Assembly: GCA_032718475.1 (NCBI GenBank)
Contig: JAUCBJ010005690.1
Location: forward strand, 1-56,921
DNA: 56,921 bases
Source of the DNA: Nemertoderma westbladi
Taxonomy: Eukaryota; Animalia; Xenacoelomorpha
Direction: 5' to 3'
Below the pieces are notes generated by a model. The model saw only the letters and a list, made by a program, of their open reading frames with translations, was not told the DNA's origin and searched no databases. This document shows, piece by piece, positions 31,625-42,647 of this stretch (positions within the stretch are counted from its first letter, which is position 1; the number at the start of each line of letters is the position of its first letter). Made by a program: the position numbers and the translations under genes.

Positions 31625-31696
31625 CCGGAATGGGGGATTGGACTCGGTACCTACAGATTCCAAGCCCCACGCTCGGTCAACTGAGCCACTGGGGCC
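31625..31696 (-). pseudogene. Degenerate tRNA-like / tRNA-derived SINE head
   Basis: Minus strand GGCCCCAGTGGCTCAGTTGACCGAGC...CTTGGAATCTGTAGGTACCGAGTCCAATCC: A box and D arm (GCTC/GAGC) present, B box degenerate, anticodon and acceptor stems poor. Confidence 0.6.
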
Positions 31697-32050
31697 GTAT
31701 CAATCCCTAATACCAAAAGCTAGCGAGAAATTAACAACAACACCAACACCAACAACAACGGAGTGAATACTAGAGGTCTCGCGGAAATAAAAAGCACATG
31801 ACCATGAATGCCAAGTTCGTCATTTTCGTCATTCAGTCACAAGTAATTGATTTTATGCTTAATTCACGGGGAGACAAATCAACAAGCTCTTCAAAAACTA
31901 AGGACGGAGTTAGTAACAACTATTTGATAAAAGAAAAGTTAGAAACATATTTTAATTTGACAGTTTTATTGGAATTAGTGAATTTTATTTGAGAGGGTGG
32001 GATATAGGTTTCCCTTGGACACTGGGATTATAAAAAGTCATAAGTGGCTA

Positions 32051-34842
32051 GTAGATTGGTAGCAGGTTCTTCTGTGGAGGTGGATTGGTAGCAGGCGGGT
32101 CTGTGGTTGGTTGATTGGTAACATGAAGGTTCTTCTATGGAGGGGAGGTGGATTGGTAGCAGGCGGGTCTGTGGTTGGTTGATTGGTAGTAGGTTCTTCG
32201 TTGGCTGGTGGATTGGTAGCAGGTTCTTCTGTGGAGGTAGATTTGTAGCAGGCGGGTCTGTGGTTGGTTGATTGGTTGCAGGTTCTTCTATGGATGTGGA
32301 TTGGTAGCAGGCGGGTCTGTGGTTGATTGATTGGTAGCAGGTAGGTTCTTCTATGGAGGTGGATAGGTAGCAGGCGGGTCTGTGACTGGTTGATTGGTAG
32401 GTGGTAGCAGGTTCTTCTATGGATGTGGATTGGTAGCAGGAGGGTCTGTGGTTGGTTGATTGGTAGCAGGTTCTTTTGTGGCTGGTGGATTGGTAGTAGG
32501 TTCTTCTGTGGAGGTGGATTGGTAGTAGGCGGGTCTGTGGCTCGTAGATTGGTAGTAGGTTCTTCGTTGGCTGGTGGATTGGTAGCAGGTTCTTCTGTTG
32601 AGGTAGATTTGTAGCAGGCGGGTCTGTGGTTGGTTGATTGGTAGCAGGTTCTTCTATGGAGGGGAGGGGAGGTGGATTGGTAGCAGGCGGGTCTGCGGTT
32701 GGTTGATTGGTAGCAGGTTCTTCTGTGGAGGTGGATTGGTAGTAGGCGGGTCTGTGGCTGGTAGATTGGTAGTATAGGCGGGTCTGTGGCTGGTAGATTG
32801 GTAGTAGGCGGGTCTGTGGCTGGTAGATTGGTAGTAGGTTCTTCGTTGGCTGGTGGATTGGTAGCAGGTTCTTCTGTTGAGGTAGATTTGTAGCAGGCGG
32901 GTCTGTGGTTGGTTGATTGGTAGCAGGTTCTTCTATGGAGGGGAGGGGAGGTGGATTGGTAGCAGGCGGGTCTGCGGTTGGTTGATTGGTAGCAGGTTCT
33001 TCTGTGGAGGTGGATTGGTAGCAGGTTCTTCTGTGGAGTTGGAATGGTAGTAGGCGGGTCTGTGGCTGGTGGATTGGTAGCAGGTTCTTCTCTGGAGGTG
33101 GATTGGTAGCAGGCGGGTCTGCGGTTGGTTGATTGGTAGTAGGTTCTTCGTTGGCTGGTGGATTGGTAGCAGGTTATTCTGTGGAGGTGGATTGGTAGCA
33201 GGCGGGTCTGCTGTTGGTTGATTGGTAGTAGGTTCTTCGTTGGCTCGTTGATTGGTAGCAGGTTCTTGTGTGGAGGTGGATTGGTAGCAGGCGGGTCTGT
33301 GGTTGGTTGATTGGTAGCAGGTTCTTCGTCGGCTGGTGGATTGGTAACAGGTTCTTCTGTGGAGGTGGATTGGTAGCAGGCGAGTCTGCGGTTGGTTGAT
33401 TGGTAGTAGGTTCTTCGTTGGCTGGTGGATTGGTAGCAGGCGGGTCTGTGGTTGGTTGATTGGTAGTAGGTTCTTCGTTGGCTGGTGGATTGGTAGCAGG
33501 CGGGTCTGTGGTTGGTTGATTGGTAGCATGCAGGTTCTTCTATGGAGGTGCTACCAATCCACCAGCCAGTTCTTCGTTGGCTGGTGGATTGGTAACAGGT
33601 TCTTCTGTGGAGGTGGATTGGTAGCAGGCGGTGCTGCGGTTGGTTGATTGGTAGTAGGTTCTTCGTTGGCTGGTGGTTTGGTAGCAGGTTCTTCTATGGA
33701 GGTGGATTGGTAGCAGGCGGGTCTGTGGTTGGTTGATTGGTAGCAGGTTCTTGTGTGGAGGTGGATTGATAGCAGGCGGGTCTGTGGTTGGTTAATTGGT
33801 AGCAGGTTCTTCGTTGGCTGGTGGTTTGGTAGCAGGTTCTTCTATGGAGGTGGATTGGTAGCAGGCGGGTCTGTGGTTGGTTGATTGGTAGCAGGTTCTT
33901 GTGTGGAGGTGGATTGATAGCAGGCGGGTCTGTGGTTGGTTAATTGGTAGCAGGTTCTTCGTTGGCTGGTGGATTGGTAACAGGTTCTTCTGTGGAGGTG
34001 GATTGGTAGCAGGCGGGTCTGTGGCTGGTAGATTGGTTGCAGGTTCTTTTGTGGCTGGTGGATTGGTAGCAGGCGGGTCTGAGGTTTGTTGTTTGGTAGC
34101 TGGTTCTTCTATGGTGGTGGATTGGTAGCAGGCGGGTCTGAGGTTTGTTGTTTGGTAGCTGGTTCTTCTATGGTGGTGGATTGGTAACAGGCGGGTCTGT
34201 GGCTGGTAGATTGTTTGCAGGTTCTTCTGTGGCTGGTAGATTGGTTGCAGGTTCTTTTGTGGCTGGTGGATTGGTAGCAGGCGGATCTGTGGTTGGTTGA
34301 TTGGTAGTAGGTTCTTCGTTGGCTGATGGATTGGAAGCAGGTTCTACTGTGGGGGTAGATTTGTAGCAGGCGGGTCTGTGGTTGGTTGATTGGTAGCAGG
34401 TTCTTCTATGGAGGTGGATTGGTAGCAAGCGGGTCTGTGGTTGGTAGATTGGTTGCAGGTTCTTTTGTGGCTGGTGGATTGGTAGCAGGCGGGTCTGTGG
34501 TTGGTTGATTGGTAGTAGGTTCTTCGTTGGCTGATGGATTGGTAGTAGGTTCCTCTATGGAGGTGGATTGGTAGCAGGCGGGTCTGTGGTTGGTAGATTG
34601 GTTGCAGGTTCTTTTGTGGCTGGTGGATTGGTAGCAGGCGGGTCTGTGGCTGGTGGGTTGGTAGCAGGTTCTTCTATGGAGGTGGATTAGAGCAGGCGGG
34701 CTGTGGCTGGTAGATTGGTTGCGGGTTCTTTTGTGGCTGGTGGATTGGTCGCAGGCGGGTCTGTGGTTGGTTGATTGGTAGCAGGTTCTTCTATGGAGGG
34801 GAGGGGAGGTGGATTGGTAGCATGCTGGTCTGTGGTTGGTTT
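32051..34842. repeat. Complex 29-30-bp G/T-rich minisatellite (~2.8 kb) with alternating monomer types
   Basis: Monomers GATTGGTAGCAGGTTCTTCTGTGGAGGTG, GATTGGTAGCAGGCGGGTCTGTGGTTGGTT and GATTGGTAGTAGGTTCTTCGTTGGCTGGTG. Confidence 0.97.
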
Positions 34843-34930
34843 ATCCACAATCAAAACAGTGATACTTGATATATTTATGGGCGTAGTTGACATGGGCGTT
34901 TAGACTGCCCTGCTGTCTGAATTATTTGTT

Positions 34931-36157
34931 TCAATAACCGCACATATGTTTGATTAGTTTATGGATATAGTCGACATGTTTTTTTAGATCACTTTTGGTA
35001 CCAAATGATTTTCCACAATCAAAACAGCTGTACTTGATATCTTTATGGGCGTAGTTGACATGGGCGTTTAGACTGCCCTGCTGTCTGAATTCTTTGTTAC
35101 AATAACCGCACTTATGTTTGATTAGTTTATGGATAGAGTCGACATGTTTTTTTAGATCACTTTTGGTACCAAATGATTTTCCACAATCAAAACAGCTGTA
35201 CTTGATATCTTTATGTGTGTAGTTGACATGGGCGTTTAGACTGCCTTGCCGGCTGAATTCTTTGTTACAATAACCGCACTTATGTTTGATATCTTTATGG
35301 GCGCAGTTGACATGGGCGTTTAGATGGTCTTGCCGGCTAAATTCTTTGTTACAATAACCGCACTTATGTTTAATTAGTTTATGGATAGAGTCGACATGTA
35401 TCTTTAGATGGCCTCGCTGGCTGAATTCTTTGTTACAATAAACGCACTTATGTTTTATTAGTTTATGGATAGAGTCGACATGTTTCTTTACATAACTCTT
35501 CGTTGTAAACAGTTTCTCACAATAATCGCATTTATACTTATTCTTGACGTCTTTATGAAAGGATTCTATATGTCTCTCTAAATTTTCTCTGCCATTAAAT
35601 AATTCATTGCAATGCGAACAGCAACTGGTAGGCCTATCTGGAGAAAATTGGAACTCCCCAACAGCTTTACTAGAACTACAGGGATCTGTTGTTGCAAAAC
35701 CGATTGCCGGTTTAGTAGAGCTGCAAAGATCAACGTTGTCACGAGAGGTACAGGTACCAGCAGTATTACATTGTTTTCGAACAGTTCGAGTTTCGGCAAA
35801 TGGATCAATAACTATACAACCTTCAGATTTTACACTAATAAATTGCAGCCCACAAGCTGAATGTTGAATATGAATATTTGCATCTTCAGTTTCAATAGGC
35901 CTACCATACGAACATTCTGGGCTGTCATTTTCCTGTTTTTCGACAACAAAATAATCTCCAGAAATATCTTCGTCATCTTGTACAGGGACATCATCTACTC
36001 CACCAAACAAATTGTTATGATTTTCGATAGATGATCCGTAAACGCAGTTCTCCTGTTTAACTTCAACAGGATTGGGGGCACAGTCTGGTGGTTCTTTCTT
36101 TATAATTATCCCGGCACTGGAGGATTTTTTCTTCAAAACATTAATTTGTTGATTCAT
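34931..36157 (-). CDS. C2H2 zinc-finger protein, 8 intact CX2C...HX4H fingers (29-aa/87-bp period), C-terminally truncated
   Basis: Repeated KCGYCNKEF....L..HV...H units; acidic N-terminus with IKKEP/VKQE motifs. First ATG at 36157 (36163 is TTG). The stop replaces the second Cys of finger 9. Confidence 0.9.
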   Translation of the reverse strand: MNQQINVLKKKSSSAGIIIKKEPPDCAPNPVEVKQENCVYGSSIENHNNLFGGVDDVPVQDDEDISGDYFVVEKQENDSPECSYGRPIETEDANIHIQHSACGLQFISVKSEGCIVIDPFAETRTVRKQCNTAGTCTSRDNVDLCSSTKPAIGFATTDPCSSSKAVGEFQFSPDRPTSCCSHCNELFNGRENLERHIESFHKDVKNKYKCDYCEKLFTTKSYVKKHVDSIHKLIKHKCVYCNKEFSQRGHLKIHVDSIHKLIKHKCGYCNKEFSRQDHLNAHVNCAHKDIKHKCGYCNKEFSRQGSLNAHVNYTHKDIKYSCFDCGKSFGTKSDLKKHVDSIHKLIKHKCGYCNKEFRQQGSLNAHVNYAHKDIKYSCFDCGKSFGTKSDLKKHVDYIHKLIKHMCGY

Positions 36158-36165
36158 TATCAAAT

Positions 36166-36225
36166 CTTAATACCGGTAATTATATAGGCCTATCAATAAT
36201 TATAATTATACAGGTGATTACTTAC
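36166..36225 (-). other. Putative 60-bp 5'UTR intron of the zinc-finger gene
   Basis: Minus strand G|GTAAGT ... AT-rich ... TTAAG|ATTTGATAATG, ending 8 nt before the ATG. Inferred from splice consensus only. Confidence 0.4.
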
Positions 36226-36644
36226 CAAGCCTATTCGCTATTGTAAATAGATTTCAGCGTGCAGAAGTAGGCAGTTAGGCATACATTCCGTAACGTGTAC
36301 AATTGATACAATTAACAATTGTACAAAATGTACATGTACTGTCAGACTGTAGATGTAATATCTTTCTCTAACAGTAAATGAGCATGTAACAATTACATCC
36401 TAAAGGGAACCAAACAATAAACGAGTATGATTTTGTTGTTGTGATATAAGTGTTTACTTTTAGATTTAGACTGCTTAAACTGTAAAAGTACCGCTAAAAT
36501 GTAATAAACATTGTATTTGGTAAATTAGTCCTACTACATTCCCGCACACAGTATATGCCACATGATTCCGGAGCCGACGATCTTCCTATTCCCCAATCGG
36601 CCAATCCATGCAGCCATGGACTGGACGTTCCCTAACCCGGGATC

Positions 36645-37891
36645 AGGGGCAGTATTCATAGAGTTAGTATTAGTTACAGCTACTTAGTGACAGCTTTTAG
36701 TACGGTAAGAGCTGCAACTATGTTTAGTAAGAGCTATCTGTTACTAAAAACAACTGATTTTAGTAATTGACTTAACTTAGTTTCAACTAGCCCTTAAAAA
36801 ATATCAGTATTCATAAACTGTTACTAAACTTAGTTCTAGCCTATTAGTAGCAGTGCCGGTACTTTAACTCATGTTTATCAAAAAGCTTTCAGTTTCAACT
36901 TAAGGTTGGTAGTTATGCCCTGCATGTCTCTATGTTTACTGTTTTACTTGTACTGGTAGTCTACATTAAAACCCATTAATTTTATTGGTCACTAAAACAA
37001 TCCCTGTTTTCCAGTAAATTTTTTTCGTTATCAAATATATATTTCCTCCACTCAATTTAATTATCACTAAAATATATTTCCATCAAAAATAAATCTGTTA
37101 CGGCCTGTTGTAATAAAATCCCTTCATTATTAGTGGCACTGTAACATCACTTTCCCACATTTTAGCAATAATTTATAATTAATAGATTTTAGTGGAAACT
37201 GAATATTTTTTTAGTGATTTCCTGTTAAAATTATAGTGAAAAATTATTATTTTTAGTCAGTTAGTAAGGCGATAAATCAATTGGCTATACCATTATCGAA
37301 TACCTATTTACATTCGGTAATAGAGATGAAAATAATGAAGTGGGAACGCTACCGCTTTTTCATCTTGCGAAAATTAGCTAATGGTAGAATTCTTTAGCGA
37401 AACACATTTTTCAACGGACGCGGACCGTTCTGGAGCTATCTCACCATTCAAGAATATGAGCTGAAATTTGAAAATTTAAGTCGGATATATGTTTGAAAAA
37501 CAACAAGCTTTATGTCGTTACATTTGACAGTTTCTCTGCAACAACACATTTGCAATGAACACAGAAAGCTAGAAAAACAAGAGAGAGTATAATGTGGACA
37601 GAGTCGTCCGTAACATAACAACCATACTGTATGTATGAAGGCCAATATGCAATAAGTAAGCGGTCTTACCAACTTAGTTACATCTTCATGTGACTAGAAA
37701 TTTAAGTTACAGCTAATACTAACTTAAGTAAGACTAAATTCTATGAATACGAGTTTAGCAACAACTAGTACTAAATACGTTAGTAATAAGTCGCACCAAC
37801 TTCTCTGAATAACGAATTAGTACAAGCACTTACTAACTTTCTGTGACTAGGACTAAGTTCCTAGTTAGTCACATTTATGAATACCGCCCCT
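36645..37891 (+). mobile_element. Internally deleted PIF/Harbinger-type DNA transposon (~1.25 kb)
   Basis: TIRs AGGGGCAGTATTCATA / TATGAATACCGCCCCT; subterminal GTATTCATA motifs (36808, 37742). Residual transposase-like peptides ERYRF (~37344) and MVEFFSETHFSTDADRSGAISP (37381-37446) resemble HARBI1 'TQRSRAISP'. Confidence 0.65.
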
Positions 37892-38862
37892 GGAACCGAT
37901 CCCAGCAATGCGAGCATCGAGTCTAAGTCCAACTAACCCTTGGTACTTGGACTTACACAATTAGAGTTCAAGGCGCTAATCTAATCTGTTGTTATTCGAC
38001 AGGCGGAATTTGATGCGGCGTTGGATTGTCGGAGGTGGTAGGGAAGGGAGGCCTTCCGGTGTACAAATAGGAGAGGAGGGTATGTAGGTCTGGAAATCGG
38101 TACTGTGCTTGATAGCTGGCTCGTGCCATTACCATATAGCACCACAGCCTAGAATTATGCAAACGTTAAATAGCCAGGATCAGAGGATGTTGGAAAAAAG
38201 AGCCATTATAAATCTCTGTTGGCTATACTGAATTAATTATCCAGGCAGCCAGGCGGCGGCAAACAGGAACAGGCAGACAGGTAGGCCTAGCATTAAACAA
38301 TAAACAATTAAGCATTGAATGAATTTAAGGTGTAAGGTAGGCCTAGCTGCCTAGTACCATTACTGCTGCGCATCCCGGGCCGGGGCTGACCCTGACAGCC
38401 TATAACAGATACCAGCTGTCACTCATTCTCACCTGGCATGGCACCTGAACCTCTGAAAATATTAGAGACAGCCTTAACAGATCTGCCACAGCCAATAGGA
38501 AAACAGTAATTAATCATCCAATCATAGCTCCCTTAGAATGCACTTCCACTAATGGCTCCACCCTCCCGTCAACCTTCATCTACAGTATATTCAACTTATT
38601 ACAATCTAATCCTGTACTTGTAATCTATGATACACCTGCGATACCGATTTGTTTTAAAATATGTATATTTCTATCTGAATGCACCCCACCTCCGCCTGCG
38701 TTGGCAAATATAGAGACGCAAATGCACTAACTCTGTTAGAAGAATGGCACTGTCCAAAATGTTTCGTAGAACTAAACTGGGAAGAATTTTAAAATGATAT
38801 CTAATTTGTCGAAATAAAAGCCGGGATTTATTTTAAAATTATTATTAATATTATTACAAACA

Positions 38863-39100
38863 TAAACAAATGATCTAGAAAAATATGGTGTTTTTATTTA
38901 ATAGAATAAAACAGCCTCGTGCAGGTGCAAAACTATTTGAACGCAACATTTGAACGCTCATATCTCAGCTATTTACCAACCACATTCACATGTTTTTACA
39001 TTTTTTGAATCCTTGCACGGTCAGGTTTCTACTCGTACCAACAAATCACGATAAGGATCAAGAATAACTGTAGTGTAACTGCAACTGGTGAAATATCACC
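38863..39100. mobile_element. Diverged fragment of one arm of the 30137-31038 foldback MITE family
   Basis: TTTTTATTTAATAGAATAAAA.AGCCTC, TGAACGCTCATATCTCAGCTATTT and CTGGTGAAATATCACC match 30645-30835. Confidence 0.8.
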
Positions 39101-39300
39101 TGCTCATATCACCAACCACCTATCATATTATAAGCACCTATCACCAAACCTGCTTAATTTTATTACCGCAAATAAGAACCGGGTCGAGATCATTGGGCTT
39201 TGTAATTGTGTTTGAAAATGTGGTATATTCGGTTTTGCTAATATTTAAGGATAGTTTGTTGTCAGTGAGCCAGTCAGAAATAGTTTGCTTAAAATAATGT

Positions 39301-40587
39301 TATGTGGGGCGAGACACGTAGTCGGCGAGCCTTGGCATACGGTTCATATAGGGCAAATGGGGCATGTCCGTCTGTCCGTCCGTCTGTCTGGTAAATCTTT
39401 GAACGCGAATTTCTCGGCATCGCTGATTTGAAATTGAACCAAACTTAGTAGGTAAGTAGTAGAGGGAAAGTTTAGAAAATTTGTAAAGTTTGGTGAAAAA
39501 TCATGCAGTCTGACGTCAGCTACGACAGATTATGTGGTTTTTAGAAAATGTTAAATTTCTCGGGAACGCCTCATTTTCCAGAGCTGACATTTTGGTTGCT
39601 TGTAGAGAATCATAAAGTCTATCTTCTACGAAATTGAAAAGTTAAGACATTTAATTGGGGATCGGCTAAAGACTCCGAAGTAATGACATAGGCCTACCGG
39701 TACGGTACTGCTGTACTGTACAAGTACGAAATTGCAGAATAATAATTTGACACCACCTAGCGGATTAATATATAATTGTATATCGATCGACTACATTTTA
39801 TAGCATGGGGTATAGGGTCCGAGCCACGAAGTTGGCGGAGCCTTTGCGAACTGGCGCTATCTCTTAGGGGGGTAGGTCAATTATGGCAAATAGTTCATTC
39901 AATAATTGTACTGTATGTCATCATCGTCGCTACGATTTTGACTTACTTATAACTTTGTCGGCTTTAAAGCTTTCGAGTCTAAAATTAGTAGGCATCAATA
40001 AGACCATAAGTTTTGTTTTTTAGGGACTTCCAGACACCATCAAATCTTCAGTCTCTCGCTAGAGGGCTACATGTCTAGATATTATATATCCTCACATTTT
40101 CTTTGCTTTAAACCCGTTCTAGTCCATGTACTGTATGGACCATTGTACTAGACCATTAACTGTGTCATTCAAAGGAGGCAAATCCGTCTGCAGATCTCTA
40201 GTCTGCCGCTAGAGGGCAAAATGTCTCAAAGTGCAATCACTGATTTAGCTGAAACATCAGATATGTGCTAGAACAAGTCCGGTGTGTTTGCCGGGCTAGG
40301 AATCAGTCCGACCAGTTTTACCTCACCACTATTCCAGCTAGGTGTAATTATATAGGACATGCAATAGTGTTTAGGCCCTAGAGTAATAAGACAGCTTGCT
40401 TATGGTTTATCTCGCAAAATGATTGGCATTTAATGGAGATTCTTTAGAATAAATATAGCTAAATAATTTTGTTGTGACATCAACATGGTAAATTAATATT
40501 TCAGTATCAATACTAAAACGTCATAAGGTTAAGTTATAATATTTCTTATAAATTGTTTCGCCTCCACGCCTAAAATATATTACTTTT
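39301..40587 (+). mobile_element. DINE-1/Helentron-like non-autonomous element
   Basis: Subterminal inverted repeats GTGGGGCGAGACA (39304) and TGTTTCGCCTCCAC (40554); (GTCY)n microsatellite at 39366-39390 near the 5' end; T-rich 3' end. Confidence 0.55.
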
Positions 40588-40855
40588 AAAACACAAATTT
40601 TCTGTTAATACCTGCCTGTGAACAATCCTCTGTGTACCTTTGGGTTGGGGTGCAGATTAAGGGGGGGAGGGGGTTGAAAGCGAGCAACTTTCCCCTCTTA
40701 AGATTTATTTGCGGTTTGGTTAATTTCTTAAATACAGATTTTGTGTTAGAATTGCTCAATTTTAATTTGTATCTCATAACTGAGCCTCGTGCTGCGCGAA
40801 GGCCCCACGAACGTGTTCTAGAACAACAAAGGAAAACTCAAGAAAAATTACTGAG

Positions 40856-41504
40856 GTAGATTCTTTATAGTCAAAAGCCTCACGGATTTTCTCAGTGACA
40901 TAAGATAGCGAACGTCGTTGTGTATTTTTTCCTATAACCAATTTGATTAGGACAAATTATATTGAATTTTTCAAGGTAGATTATAAGCTGAGAATTTCAA
41001 TAATTTCAAGCACTTTATTGAAAACTGAAAGTAAAGATATCGGACGGTAGTTTGCATGTTGGAGTTGATCGACACTTTTAAAAATAGGAATTACTTTTGC
41101 AATTTTAAGGGAGCTTGGATAGGAACCATGTGTAATATAAAGATTAATGAGTTTGGCAAGTTGTGGGGAAATGGTGGAAGCAGCTAGTTTAATGAGTTTG
41201 GTGGGGAACTGTATTCTATGAGATGGAGGATGTAGTACTGGACTTCAACCGTACTGGTTTCAGATAGTATAATTTAGTTTTGAATTTCGAATTTGGTTAT
41301 CGAATTTGGTTTCGAGTGACAGACAAATCTGGTAGAACAGCGTGCAGCAACCAACCCGTGCAGCAAGTGCCCTCATTTGCTGCACGAGTAAAAAATACCC
41401 TACCGATGTAAAAAAAAATTGTTAAGTTCATTGGCAATCTCAGTTGGATCCGCTAGAATCTTGTTGTCAGAGGTATTAATTATTTTAGGAATAGATGACT
41501 TATT
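40856..41504 (-). pseudogene. CR1/L2-type LINE ORF2 fragment (RT N-terminal part), 3' piece
   Basis: Manual translation gives DPTEIANELNNFF.TSVG, KLAASTISPQLAKLIN, PSSLKIAKVIPIFK, NYRPISLLSVFNKVLE and NQIGYRKK, with frameshifts. Not in the ORF track. Confidence 0.85.
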
Positions 41505-41509
41505 GCCAC

Positions 41510-42169
41510 TGTGACGGGATCGGAGATCCCAACCGGGTTAGAAATGTACGCGTCACCGTTCTGCTGGGGATTGTGCTACTAGCTTTGGCCGAGGCCGTTT
41601 GGGAAAAACAGTGAAAGTTTCTGTTGTCTCTCGATATTAATTAATATGGACGATAATAGCACGCCAGTAGATAATAAGCAGAAAATATAGATTAATTGTT
41701 ACCGGTATGGTGGTGGCGGTCATTAACTATGACCGGTCTGCACTGACTGAACTGAATAATACAACTGACTGGTAAACCAGTAATGTAAGATAATATATGA
41801 TTAACACATTGAATATTGGTTTACCTCCTACTCTACTTTGGCCCTCTACCCAATGGATGCTTTCCTGTTCCCTATCACGTGCTTCCCTCCCCACTATTGG
41901 CTAATATACTACTTGTCACTTTGGCACTCCCTGGGAGTGTTTCCCCTCCGCTGCTAGCCTCTACTAGCTGCCTTCCCTCCGAGGTGGTTTGACCTCTCAC
42001 CTTTCTCTGTGGCTTTGGGGCTTGTGTCGCCCCCCCACCCCCCCCCCCCCCCCCAATGTTGGTTATGATACGAGATTAATATTGGTAATCTCGTATCCCC
42101 AACATATTGCTAAAATGCCACTAGTCCCATTTTCTGGTGGGTAATGAAGTGGAATTGAATCCGCATACA
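41510..42169 (-). repeat. 3' LTR (660 bp)
   Basis: TGTGACGGGATCGG...GAATCCGCATACA, a direct repeat of 53827-54423 with an extra 55 bp (41929-41983). Confidence 0.96.
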
Positions 42170-42180
42170 CTCCCCCCCCC
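42170..42180 (-). other. Polypurine tract
   Basis: Minus-strand G-run plus AG immediately before the 3' LTR. Confidence 0.85.
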
Positions 42181-42647
42181 ATGCTATCTTCCCGGTGAGA
42201 AGATAGCATCAACTTTAAGTGCGCTTCAATTCCGCTGGAACCCAAACTACTATCGGGTGTGGGGTGGAGTTATTTTCTCTGTACACGTCAACACCTCCTC
42301 TCCATACTTACCTCATACTCCTATACTCAACCCATGCTTGTTTCACTCCACTCACCCCCGACGAGCCTCACCCTCCCCTTTTGTGCCATCGCACTCAAGA
42401 AGTGTGATTCGTCTAGTGTCCCGTCCTCCTGTCATAGTGAATTGGTCCCCAGTCCCAGTAGCTAGTTGGAAAAAGGTTATATATGACTATAGTACTTACT
42501 TTGATTATATTCATTCTAATTATATTATAATTATATTGATTATTACATACGTACATACTAATTGCACTTAATTATTTTGCACTTAGGAGTTCGTATTATT
42601 TCCACATGTGGTACCTTCCAGGCACGCCCACTCTCCCCCTCTGAGTC

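Noticed and set aside
32423-34893. ORFs such as (LLPINQPQTR)n and (WIGSRFF)n
   Set aside because: Translations of the minisatellite with constant frameshifts.
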